Shown: positions 51,115 through 63,295 of the stretch, piece by piece
How the letters are laid out: each line of letters opens with the position of its first letter
Position numbering within the stretch: the first letter of the stretch is position 1
From: Mobula hypostoma
Lineage: Eukaryota
Direction of reading: 5' to 3'
Length of the DNA: 64,000 nt
NCBI RefSeq assembly: GCF_963921235.1
Contig: NC_086097.1
Span: 57,290,001 to 57,354,000 of the forward strand
Translations under genes and position numbers: made by a program
The notes under the pieces: generated by a model
Told to the model about the DNA's origin: nothing
Databases searched by the model: none
What the model saw: only the letters and a program-made list of their open reading frames with translations

Positions 51115-51591
51115 CCGTACAGTGCAAAAGTCTTAGGTACTGTACTGCTGCAAAAGGAATAAATTTCATGATATATGTGAGTGATGATAAGCCTGATTCT
51201 GATATGGGTCATCATTGTGGACTGAGAGTGAGAAGGGTGCAGAGAGAGGGGAATCATAGTTGGGAAAAGGGGAAGGGAGAGGGGAGAGAGCAGAAAGCAC
51301 CAGAGAGACATTCCGTAATCATCAATAAACCAGCTGTTTGGAATCAAATGAGCTTGACTGATGTCTCAGGGCTGGGTGTGTTTGCACCCATGCCATCCCC
51401 CCGCTCCTGGCACTCCTCTGCTATCTGTCCCACACCCCTCCCTTGGCGTTCCACCCTCACCATTCTTAACATCTTTTGCTCCTGCCAGATTTGCAAACTC
51501 TCTTTCCACTCCATGTTTACAAATACGGTACTGTGCAAAAGTCTCAGGCACCCAGCTATATATATGTGCTTAAGATATTTGCACAGTTCTG
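51115..51591. mobile_element. Tc1/mariner-type composite MITE with three TIR copies
   Basis: TA|CCGTACAGTGCAAAAGTCTTAGG at 51115, TA|CGGTACTGTGCAAAAGTCTCAGGCAC at 51526, and inverted GTGCTTAAGATATTTGCACAGTTCTG|TA ending at 51591. Confidence 0.7.
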
Positions 51592-51619
51592 TATCAAGGG
51601 ACTCAAATTTATAGTTTCC

Positions 51620-52430
51620 TGATTAGGTGGTGAAGAGAATGTATCATATGCATACTTGCCTTTATTGGTTGGGACATGGAATATGTAAGTTGGAATGTTC
51701 TACTGCAACCTTACCAAATACTCACTTGGAGTTAGCCCTCACTTGGAGTTTCATGTGCAGTTCTGCTTGGATTGGAGAGATTCACCCAGAGAGTGGTGGA
51801 TATATGGAATGCTCTGCCCCAGAAGGCTGTGGAGGCCAAGTCTCTGGATGCTTTCAAGAAAGAGATGGATAGAGCTCTTAAAGATAGCGGAATCAAAGGT
51901 TATGGGGGTAAGGCAGGAACTGGATACTGATTGTGGATGATCAGCTATGATCACAGTGAATGGCGGTGCTGGCTCGAAGGGCCTATTGTCTATTGTCTAT
52001 TAACACCAGGGAAATTCACCAGGATGTTGCTTGGTTATGGGGAGAGAGTGTTTAGCCTTGTTTTCCCTGGAGGCAAGAAGACTGTGCAGTGATAATGAAA
52101 GACGTATTTAGTGTGGATGGTCAGAATCTTTTATCCCCATGGTAGAGATCAAAAAGATGAGGTCATAATGTTAAGGTGAAAGGAAGACATTTAAAAGAGG
52201 ATCTGAGGGGTGAGTTTGTTACACTGCATTTGATTGATATCTGGAGCATATCACCTGAGGAGGTAGTAGAATCAGATAAAATTACTGTGTTTGAGAGGCA
52301 TTTGAATAGGCACTTAATTAGACAAAACAGTGAAGGATAGCGATGTAAGCAAATGGGATTTGTGTCGATGGATAAAACCGACCTGGCTATGGTGCGCCAT
52401 AGGGCCCATTTTTGTTCTGTAAATGCTATG
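51620..52430 (+). mobile_element. Old CR1 3' fragment containing a younger CR1 tail (about 51780-52000)
   Basis: CR1 3' UTR motifs; (ctattgt)n tail at about 51983-52000. Confidence 0.65.
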
Positions 52431-52639
52431 ACTGTACAGGAAGTAGTCCATGTTTTTCAGTGTGCTGCTATGAACCTTTATTGTCAAAGTGCAGTGTAGT
52501 GCTGTGGGGGCAATTTGGTAAAGAGGTATCATATGGAAATTGAGTTTAAAGCCCATCCTTTACCTGTTAACACTGGCTTGGAGCTTGGCCTTCCTAATAT
52601 GTCTAAAGTAAGCATCATGTGCAAACTGCAGATGGAATA

Positions 52640-53150
52640 CAGGGGTTGGAGTAATTTTAGTTCTTGAGTGTAGCTGCCCGCAAGTTGAAAAGTACATGTT
52701 TTTAGATCTAGAGTACTTGTTGGCACCTTAAGGCACTGGAAGCTATCACTAACAGTGTGTCTGCAACATCCTCCAAGATCATTAGAATGTGAGTAGCTAA
52801 TATCAGGGTCTTCTCCAAGGCCAACATACCCAGCACTGGGGTCCTAATTACATTGTCAGCAGCCATAAGCAGGCTACTTTGTTTTTATGCCTACACCAGA
52901 ATTTGGGAGCTGCCAACTATTCTGGGCTCATATGGGGAAGAGATTACCAATCTTTCTTGAAGACAGTACAACATTCCCACTCATACTTAGGAACCTCTGG
53001 CTTATGACCAGTCAAAGTGCAGAAGTATTTTTAATTGCATGGATGCATTCAGAAGGTCTGCATAAGTGGGAGCAGCAGCATACCACCTTAGGGGCTACCC
53101 TTTTGCTTGAACTGTCAGCACCTTGTGCCTCAGAAGACTCAGACATAAAA
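52640..53150 (+). mobile_element. Decayed RTE-clade LINE fragment
   Basis: tgtctgcaacatcctccaa...aaggccaacatacccagcact resembles RTE C-terminal coding (CLRxIL...ANxPSI). Confidence 0.4.
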
Positions 53151-53782
53151 GAATCTGCAATTTCCATATTCTTAGTATGAGAATTTACACAATCAGATTG
53201 GAAATGTAATCTTCATTCCTTAGGGACCACCTAAGTAGAAACTATTCACGTATTCTTTTTTTCTTTGAGGAATCAGATAATTTTACTATTTAAAATTATA
53301 GTTACATCCAAATTTTAAGTTAAGCAGTTTATACAAATTCAAAATCCAAGTTACATATTACTGTGTTTAAAAAAAAGCTTGCCATGAAGCTCCATAATGC
53401 ACAGTAATTGCATTCATTACTGTGTTTCTTGGCACATTCTAAAATCCATTAAAAGTTTAACCTTTCTTTAATTCTGCTAAAACTGTAAGGAAGCTGTTGC
53501 TTATTTGGGTGCCATAATTATATGAAATGTAAGACTTAAATCTTGAGTTCAATTTGAGGAAAATTATTCACTTGGCCAAATACCAAATATGGAAGTTAAC
53601 TTGCTTGCAAGTAACTGACTTCCCTTCCAAAGAATTGACTGTGAGCAATTCAAAAAGACACTAGTTTAGCCATGCAGAAGCTGGTGGTGTTTGCACAGAA
53701 AGCAGGTGCATGCTGTTTTGTTTGCAGGTGTTGTAAATTAAATGCTCAGTCACAAAAATGGTATTTTCTGCACCATAATGTT

Positions 53783-54012
53783 AGAACATAGAACAGTATA
53801 CCATCAGCGCCTGATGTTTTGCCAAATTGACTAAACCAATGACTCTTAATTAATCTAATTCCTTTTCCCCATGCATTGATCATATCCCTCTCTTCTCTGC
53901 ATATTCATGTGCCCATCTAAGGGTCTCTTAAATGTTCCTGTGCTTACTGCCATCACCACCATTCCTGCCAGTGTATTTCAGGCCCCCACCTCTCTGTGTC
54001 AAAAAAACTTCC
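53783..54012 (-). mobile_element. CR1 3' tail
   Basis: agaacatagaacagta terminus and CR1 3' UTR similarity. Confidence 0.55.
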
Positions 54013-56019
54013 TTGGAATATATAGATCCAGTTTGTATCCAAAATCCTCTATTTGAAAATTGAAGGAAATAGTACAAAAGGGAAAGATTTCCTTTATGCA
54101 ACAAGGCCATGAAACTGTTAATTAAAAAAAACAGGGTTGTGCTTCTTAAAACGGAGTACACAACAGATTACTCTCTCTGCAATGACCAACATAAATATTT
54201 GATGCAGAATGAAAATGCCTTGACAACTTTTAAAGTAGCTAGAAAAACTAAGAAGCAGGAATATACAGTTAAACTGAGACAAAAAAAATGGTTGATTCAA
54301 AATGCTATGCAAACGATTGTATCTCTGCTTCCAATAATAACCATCAGCCGTTTTTTCATTTCATGTGTTATCTTGTGCACTCGTGTGCCAGCAGTCTTTA
54401 CTCGGAGATAAGGTGGATCATTGGATAAAAATCACAAATAAATAGCCTCGGTTTGTAAAGGTGGAGATTTTCTCAGGTTTGTAAATAATGAAGTAACAAA
54501 TAGATGTTGATATTCCCAAAAGGATTAACACCTTCAATTGGCTCCCAAAATGGGGGAAGGATTAAAAGTGTAGTGGAAGAATTGGAAAGTTACATGTAGC
54601 TATCTCTATCAGATTTTAATATTAGCATAATGAAAATTTAGATTACCAGGTAAAAGAGTTTGTACATTATCCAGATTAAGCAAGTATGCTGGTCTGCAGA
54701 CGTATTGATCTGTTAAGTTGTTGTGGTAATTATTAGTTATGAATTGGCTTCCTACATGAAACTGTGGACTATCTGTTTTAGCATTTGCTAGTTGCTGAAT
54801 AACAAACATGGAGGTAAACTACTCCATTAAAAGTGCATTGAATTTTCCCGCCTGCTAGCATAGACAAATTCCTGGAAGAACCTTGCACTGGGATTTAAAA
54901 GCAGCAAAAGTCTAAACTAGCCATTCTGGAGAATAGCCTTTAAAGGCCATGGACTCCTAAGGTTGTCTTCATCTTGAAGGGTTGCAATAAATAACTTTAT
55001 TAATGCTATTGCTCTATTTTCACATTATCTTTTATATCCATTGTCATAATTTGGGTGTTACTGTCAAAGCCACCATTCATTGCTCATCTCTGATTCCTCT
55101 GGAGAAGACATTGGTGAGTCAGTCACCTTCTTAAAGTTCATCTGGTGAAAGTACATCACTGTTTGAAAGTGAGTTCCAGGATTTGGAGCCAGCAATGGTG
55201 ACAATTATTGTACAGTTTGAACCAGAATCTGCAGGCGTTGTTTCCAAATCTCAGCCCTGCTCTTCTTAGTGGTAGTGGTCATGAGTTTGAGAGAATTATG
55301 CCATAATAGCAAATTTCAGGAGTTTGGTGTTGAGCAGGAAGTGATGTGAAAGGCCCAACAAAGATAATTGACTGGCCCTACATAGCTGATTGAGAATAAC
55401 TAAGGCCTTCATGCTGCCCAACCTTTGAAGTGCAGTAACTCAGAGTCTACTGGACACAATAGGGACAAAATTTGTACAGGTACTTCTTGTCCTTAAAAAC
55501 GAAGATAAAATCTTTCAGTCTAATTACTAATCCTTCGACAATGTGTTCAGAGATATTGTAAAGTGTGGTACCAAGAACCACTTAACCACCAGTAAACTAT
55601 AACCTGTTGATGGTTGCTCAGCATTGGTTTCACTCAAGTTTGCCTGACTTTAGACCTCATCATAGCTTTGGTATTGCATGGACTTGAAGGCTCTTTTCCA
55701 GAGGTGAAGTGAACATAACTGTAATTGACATTAAGACAGCATTTTAGAAGCTGTTGAGTGGAGCTAAACCTCATATAGAACATAGAACATGGTTTTGGTT
55801 GTTGGGTAACATTCATCCCTCCCTCAAAGCAATGTTGCAAAAGTTCATCAGGACAGTTTTCCAACTCTTTTGATCATGGTCCTTCCATCATAAGGTCAAA
55901 ACTTGCTGATGAATACATAATGTTCCATTCCACCTGTAATTCATCAGCAAGTGAGGCAGTCTACCCCTGAATGTAATAGGACCTCAAACATCTTGGGCTG
56001 ATAAATGCCAAGCATCAGT

Positions 56020-57010
56020 CACACCCTTCTTCTGGCACTTCCTTTCACAGTACTTGTCCTTTTGCGTTTTCTCTTTCCATCACCCATGTATCCAAACAGT
56101 CGTTACAGGTGAAGCAGAGATTCTCATGCATTTTTTTTTGCAATCTAGTGCCCTGCATTTAATATCCACAGTGTTGTCTCTATTACATTGAAGAAACTAA
56201 ATGCCAATTGGGTAATTGCCCCTGTGGTCAGTCCTCAGGGGTGACGGTGAGCTTCCTGTAATCTGTCACTTCAATTCGCATCTCACACTCACTCTGACTT
56301 GCTGATCTGTGGTCTCCTGTCCTTTTATAATGAAGTCCCATGACAGTTTGAAGAACACTACTTCTTCTTCTGTTCTTCACCTTTCCATCTCACCACTCCC
56401 CTCATTATTCAGACTCATCATCCTCACCCACCTGAATCCATCTGTTCAGCACCTATATAGTCATTTTACATTGCATCTTGTTGTCTTCCTGCACTGCACT
56501 TTCTTTGTAACTGTAATACTTTATTCTGCACTCTGTTATTATTTTACCTTGTACTTCCTCAAAGCACAGTTGTAATTAATTGTCTGTATAAATGGTATAC
56601 TAGAAAAGTTTTTCACCATACCTCAGTGCATGTGATAATAATAAACCACTTTAGCAATTTACCTGGGATTCTTCTCTCAGTTCACCTTTCATGCCCATCA
56701 TCCTTCCTTCATTTAGTTTCATCCACCACCTACAAGTTCCTGTCTCTACCGTCTGCCTCCCTCACCCTGAACCATCTGTCCACTGTTTCCCTTTCATCTG
56801 GTTCCACCTGTAACCTACCAGCCTCTATCCCACTCCACCCTCTTACTTCAATATACTCGCTCTCTTCTTTCCACACAGTGTCCTGATGCAAAGTCTCATA
56901 TTGAAACATCAACTTTCCCTTTGTCTCTACAGATGCTGCCTGAGCTGCTGAGTTCTTCCAGCATTTAACTTTTTGCTTTCAGTTACAACATCTGCTATCT
57001 CGTGTATCTC
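56020..57010 (+). mobile_element. Old PLE 3' part (GIY-YIG remnant, UTR, hammerhead-like motif)
   Basis: caggtgaagcagagattc, tacattgaagaaactaa, tcctgatgcaaagtctcatattgaaacatc and ctgctgagttcttccagcattt. Confidence 0.65.
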
Positions 57011-57232
57011 CTGTCTTAATTTTTTCTGTATCAGTTCCCTATCTGTGATATTAGCTCATCTTATTTGTGTATTTTCACCTCATTTGTCATTTTTCTTCCT
57101 CTCTGGGAGTGGGCGACAAGCCCGGCTTATACACATGGGCATGTCTTCCTGTTTGTTCCTCCATTTTACTCTGCCACATTATTGTCTATCTAACTAACTG
57201 CATCTATCTCTCAATGACCAGATGACGTAATG

Positions 57233-57438
57233 CAGTGGTCCCCAACCTCCGGGCTGCGGACCGATAGATTGCCGCGAAGAATGACTCGGAACGCACCCAG
57301 CACATCTTTAAGAATTAATTAACTTGTTTATTTTGGCTTTTTTCTTAAGGATGTGCTGGGTGTGTTGTGAGTACCGCTGCACCACTGCATTCTTCGCGGC
57401 GATATGTCGGTCCGCGGCCCAGAGGTTGGGGATCACTG
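57233..57438. mobile_element. Palindromic hAT MITE
   Basis: CAGTGGTCCCCAACCT ... AGGTTGGGGATCACTG with perfect 8-bp TSD ACGTAATG and internal inverted arms. Confidence 0.9.
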
Positions 57439-58964
57439 ACGTAATGTGTGAGCTTATCCCCACACCTCTTGCCAATGCTTAAGAAGTTTCTTTAGTCTCC
57501 TTCTCAGTTCTGATGAAAGATCTTCAACCTAATTTGTTAAGTTTGTTTCTCTTCCCACAGATGTGGACTGACCTGCTGAGTGTTTCCTGCACTTACTGTT
57601 TTTAGATTTTCTGCATTTTTGAATTTTCAAATAAATGTACTCTGGTTTCCTTCCACAGTCCAAAGACATACCAGTTAGTAGGTTAATTAGTCATTGAATA
57701 TTGTCCTGTGATTTCTCTAGGGTTAAATCGGTGGGTTTCTGGGCATTGGGGCTTGTAGGACCAAAAGGGCCTGTTACACAGTTTCTATAAAAATAAAATA
57801 AAGTCAGGCAATGCATTTCTTAGCAAGGAAAAAAATTAATATTGAATGGTAGTACAAGTATCCCACCTACACCTTAGACTGAGAAATGGATGAGGATGGG
57901 TACTAATTAGGAGGTGGGGATTCTTACTATTGGCAAAAATATTTAACAGGATCAGCCACATACAGATGACTCTGCGTGCAGGTTAGAAGCTGGGTATCTG
58001 CAGCAAATGCTTGACTCGCCAAATTTGCCAAAAATTTTCCATAATCCCCAAGGCAAATGTCAAGTGTGCAATAGACTATTCTTCACCTCCAACAACACTC
58101 AAGAACCACAAGACCACTGAAAACAAAACTCCTTTTAGAAAAAAGTACCCTCAGTTCCTCTAATCTCTCCCATATTCATGTGTTTCCCAATCTTCTTTCT
58201 TGAGAGATCATTGAAAATGTTTGCTTCAAATTAAATTTCTATTTGACTTCCATCCAGCCTGTGGAATTGAAACTGAGCCTAACAATGCCATAAATTACAT
58301 TCTTTGCAACTGTAATTAGTTATCTTAATGTATTCTACTCAATTTCTGTGCCTATGACACCATAAACAAATAGTAGAAACACTAATATTTGTACATTGCC
58401 TTTCACTGCCTCTCAAAGTCCCAAAACTCTTTACAGCTAATAAATTACATTTATTTGAAATGATATCTCCTTGGGAAGGCCCACAAATGGGAGGGAATGC
58501 AGAAATAGGCCATTGTGCCAACTAATCTATGCAGGTGTTTGCACCCCATTACATTTTCCTCATTTCAGACTAGCAGAATCAATGAAAGATCGCCCAACTT
58601 GAGTGTTCAACCAGAGTGCAGAAGACAACAAACTGTAAACACTAAATAAATAAACAAACAAACAAACAAGCAAGCAAGCAATAAATCTGGAGAACATAGA
58701 TGAAGAGCGCTTGAAAGATAGTCCATTGGTTGTGGGAACATTTCAATGATGGGGCAAGTGAGGTTAAGTGAAGTAATCCCCTTTGATTCAAGAGCCTGAT
58801 AGTTGAGGGATAGTAATTGTTCTGAGCCTGGTGGTGTGACTCCTGAAGCTTCTGTACCTTCTTCTTGATGGCAGCAGCGAGAAGAACACGTCCTGGGTGG
58901 TGGGGGTCCCTGATGACGGATCCTGCTTTCCTGCGACATTGTTTCATGTAGATGTGCTCAGTGG

Positions 58965-59407
58965 TTGATCCTGTTCCATGATCCTCTCATATCCCTTTTG
59001 CCAATCACCTGTCCAGCTCTTGGCTCCATCCCTCCCCCTCCTGTCTTCTCCTATCATTTTGGATCTCCCCCTCCCCCTCCCACTTTCAAATCTCTTACTA
59101 GCTCTTCCTTCAGTTAGTCCTGACAAAGGGTCTCGGCCCGAAACGTCGACTGTACCTCTTCCTAGAGATGCTGCTTGGCCTGCTGCATTCACCAGCAACT
59201 TCGATGTGTGCAGAAGGAGTTGTAGTGAGAGGGACAGAGGGAGAAAAAAGAGAAAGAGAAACAAAGGGGGAAAAATAATATATATATAAATAAAAATAAG
59301 TAAGTAAGTAAGTAAGGGATGGGATACGAGGGGGAGGTGGGGCATTAACGGAAGTTAGAGAAATCAATGTTCATGCCAACAGGTTGGAGGCTACCCAGAC
59401 GGAATAA
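58965..59407. mobile_element. Young PLE 3' region with internal inversion (plus 58965-59210, minus 59211-59407)
   Basis: The plus arm carries the same tail as 18466-18587. The minus arm carries the ORF end (gtctgggtagcctccaacctg...catgaacattgatttctc). Confidence 0.8.
59116..59151 (+). ncRNA. Minimal type I hammerhead ribozyme motif in a PLE tail (this copy has CUGACAA in place of CUGANGA)
   Basis: AGTC-CTGACAA-AGGGTCTCGGCCC-GAAAC-GTC-GACT: stem I AGTC/GACT, stem II hairpin, GAAA box, GUC site. Confidence 0.7.
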
Positions 59408-60396
59408 TCAATAATCAGTTCCTTAGTTTTGCTGACATTGACTAAGAGGTTCTTGTTATGGCACCACTCAACCAGATTTTCAATCTCCCTCCCTGATCGG
59501 AGGCTCGAAGTTTTTGGACGACTCAGAGTCAGACTGTGGTCAGGCATGGCAGGCAGAGTTTTCTTCCTTCTCCCATCTGCGTGAGATGTGGGACATTTGA
59601 GAGACTTTGAACTTTTTTACTGTGCTATGGCCTGTTATTCATCAAATTATGGTATTGTTGCACTGTTGTAACTATATGTTATAATTATGTGGTTTTTGTT
59701 AGTTTTTCAGTCTTGGTCTGTCCTGTGTTTTTGTGATATCACACCGAAGGAATATTGTATCATTTCTTAATGCATGCATTACTAAATGACAATAAAAGAG
59801 GACTACGTGTCCTCATAATCTAATCTAATCTAATGTAGTGATTCATTATACAACAGTGGTGTTGTCAGCAAACTTGAATATGGCTTTGGAGCTGTGCTTA
59901 GCCATATAGTCATAACTGTAAAGTGAGAAGAGCAGGGGTCTAAGCGCACAGACTTCTGGTGATGCCATCTGCTGTGGACCTGTTGCTCCAGTAGGCAAAA
60001 TGGAGCAGATCTAAGTCGCTTCTCAGGCACGAGTTGATATATTTCATCACCAATCTCTCAAAACACTTCATCACTGTGGATGTAAGTGCTACTGGGCGAT
60101 AGTCATTAAAGTAGGTCACCATGCTGTTCTTGGGCACTGGGTAATTGAAGCCAGGTGGGTACCACATACTGCTGCAACAAAAGGTCTCACTCAACACTGC
60201 CACCAGTTGATCAGTACAGGTCTTTAGTTCTTGGCCAGGTTCCCTGTCTGGGCTGAATGCTTTTCGTGCTCGCACATTGGCCTCAGAGACAGATGTCATA
60301 GGATCATCGGGGGATGTGGGAGTTCGTGATGGTTACTCCGTATTTTGATGGTCAAAGTGACTATAGAAGGCATTGAGCTCATCTGAAAGCTAAGTT

Positions 60397-61646
60397 AGAA
60401 CATAGAACATAGAATAATACAGCACAGTACAGGCCGTTAGGCCCACAATGTTGTGCCAACCCTCAAACCCTGCCTCCCATATAAGCCCCCACCTTAAATT
60501 CCTCCATATACCTGTCTAGTAGTCTCTTAAACTTCACTGGTGTATCTGCCTCCACCACTGACTCAGGCAGTGCATTCACGCACCAACCACTCTCTGAGTA
60601 AAAAACCTTCCTCTAATATCCCCCTTGAACTTCCCAACCCTTATCTTAAAGCCATGTCCTCTTGTATTGAGCAGTGGTATCCTGGGGAAGAGGCGCTGGC
60701 TATCCACTCTATCTATTCCTCTTATTATCTTGTACACCTCTATCATGTCTCCTCTCATCCTCCTTCTCTCCAAAGAGTAAAGCCCTAGCTCCCTTAATCT
60801 CTGATCATAATGCATACTCTCTAAACCAGGCAGCATCCTGGTAAATCTCCTCTGTACCCTTTCCAATGCTTCCACATCCTTTCTCTAGCGAGGCGACCAG
60901 AGCGGGACACAGTACTCCAAGTGTGGCCTAACCAGAGTTTTACAGAGCTGCATCATTACATCGTGACTCTTAAACTCTATCCCTCGACTTATGAAAGCTA
61001 ACACTCCATAAGCTTTCTTAACTACCCTATCCACCTGTGAGGCAACTTTCAGGGATCTGTGGACATGTACCCCGAGATCCTTCTGCTCTTCCACACTACC
61101 AAATATCTTGCCACTTACTTTGTACTCTGCCTTGGAGTTTGTCCTTCCAAAGTATACCACCTCACACTTCTCCGGGTTGAACTCCATCTGCCACTTCTCA
61201 GCCCACTTCTTCATCCTATCAATGTCTCTCTGCAATCTTTGACAATCCTCAACACTATCTACAACACCACCAACCTTTGTGTCGTCTGCAAACTTGCCAA
61301 CCCACCCTTCTACCCCCACATCCAGGTCGTTAATAAAAATCACGAAAAGTAGAGGTCCCAGAACAGATCCTTGTGGGACACCACTAGTCACAACCTTCCA
61401 ATCCGAATATACTCCCTCCACCACGACCCTTTGCCTTCTACAGGCAAGCCAATTCTGAATCCACCTGGCCAAACTTCCCTGGATCCCATGCCTTCTAACT
61501 TTCTGAATAAGCCTACCGTGTGGAACCTTATCAAATGCCTTACTAAAATCCATATAGATCACATCCACTGCACTACCCTCATCTATATGCCTGGTCACCT
61601 CCTCAAAGAACTCTCTCAGGCTTGTTAGACACGATCTGCCCTTCAC
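60397..61646 (-). mobile_element. Young 5'-truncated CR1 LINE
   Basis: ORF 60885-61658 has YMDFSKAFDKVPH, GVPQGSVLGPLLF, KFADDTK and RPHLEYC. ORF 60576-60875 continues it. (agaacat)n tail. AAGTT at 60392 and 61647. Confidence 0.93.
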
Positions 61647-61882
61647 AAGTTCTGCCACAACTTTTGAACATCCTTCATTGATTCAGGTTTAGTCTGGAAT
61701 TGCCATTTTGCCTGTGAGTTTGCTTTCTGGAAATCATACCTGGACCTCTTGCACTGGATTTGAATGTCTCTGATCTGGCTGTCAGCAGATTGTGGATCTC
61801 ATGGTTCATCCAGGGCTTCTGATTGGGGAAGACTCTGAATGATTTTGTGGGGACATATTAGTTTACAACTGTTTTGATAAAG

Positions 61883-63295
61883 ACCATAAGACATAGGAGC
61901 AGAATTAGGCCATTTGGCGCATTAAATCTGCTCCACCATTCAATCATGGCTGATCGTTTTCTCCCCTCCTCAGCCCCGCTCCTTGGCCTTCTCCCTATAA
62001 CCTTTGATGCTGTGTCCAATCAATAAATTATCAAGCTATACCTTAAGTACATCCAATGACTTGGCTTTTATAGCTGCCTGTTTGTAATAAATTCCACAAA
62101 TTCACCACCCTCTGGCTAAATAAATTTCTTCACATCTCTGTTTTAAATGGGCGTCCCTCTAGATCTTCCCACCATGGGAAATATTCTTATCACATCTACT
62201 CTGTCCAGGCCTTTCAACGTTCAAAAGGTTTCAACGAGATCCCCCTCACCCTTCTAAATTTTAGTGAGTATAGACACAGAATTATCAAATGTTCCTTGTA
62301 TGATAAGCCTTTCATTCTCAGAATCATCCTTGTGAACCTCCTCTGAACCCTCTCCAAGGCCGGGACAGCTTTTCTTAGATGAGGACCCCAAAACAGTTCA
62401 CAATACTCAAGATGAGGCCTCACCACTGCCTTATAAAGCCTCAGAATCACATCGCAGGTCTTGTATTCTAGACCTCTTGAAATGAATGCTGATATTGCAT
62501 TTGCCTTCCTCACCACCGACTCAACCTGCAAGTCGTTTAGTGTGTTCTGCACATGCACTCCCAAGACCCTTTGCATCTCAGATTTTTGGATTTCTTCCCC
62601 TTTTAGAAAATTGTCTGCACATTTATTTCTTTTACCAAAGTGCATGACCATGCATTTTTCAACATTATATTTCATTTGCCACTCTCTTGTCCATTCTCCT
62701 AACCTGTCTAAGTCCTTCAGCAGCCTACCTGTTTCCTCAACACTACCTGCCTCTCTGCCAATCTTCATATCATCTTCAGACTTGACAATAAAGTCATCTT
62801 CTTCATCATTTAACATAAAAACAACATAAAAAAACATAAACAACATTAAAAAAGTGATCCCAATACCGACCCCTGTGGAACACCACTAGTCACTGGTTGC
62901 CGACCAGAAAGAGATCCTTTTATTCCCACTCGCTGCCTCTTACCAATCAGCCAATGCCCTAACTATGCCAGTAACTTTCCTGTAATGTCACAGGCTCTTA
63001 ATTTGGTAAGGAGCCTCACGTGTGGCACCTTGTCAAAGGCCTTCTGAAAGTCAAAATATACAACATCCGCTGCATCCCCTTTATCTATTCTACGTGTAAT
63101 CTCCTCAAAGAATTGTAACAGGTTCATCAGGCAAAATTTTCCCTTAAGGAAATCATGCTGACTTTGTACTACCTTGTCCTCTGTCACCAAGTACTCCGTA
63201 AGCTCGTCCTTAACAATTGACCAACATTTTCCCAGCCTCTGAGGTCAGGCTAACTGATCTATAGTTTCTGTTCTGCTGCCTTTCTCCTTTCTTAA
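61883..63295 (-). mobile_element. 5'-truncated CR1 LINE, second subfamily
   Basis: Peptides YFDFQKAFDKVPH and RPHLEYC...LERVQRRFTRMI; ccataagacataggagcagaattagg terminus. Confidence 0.88.
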
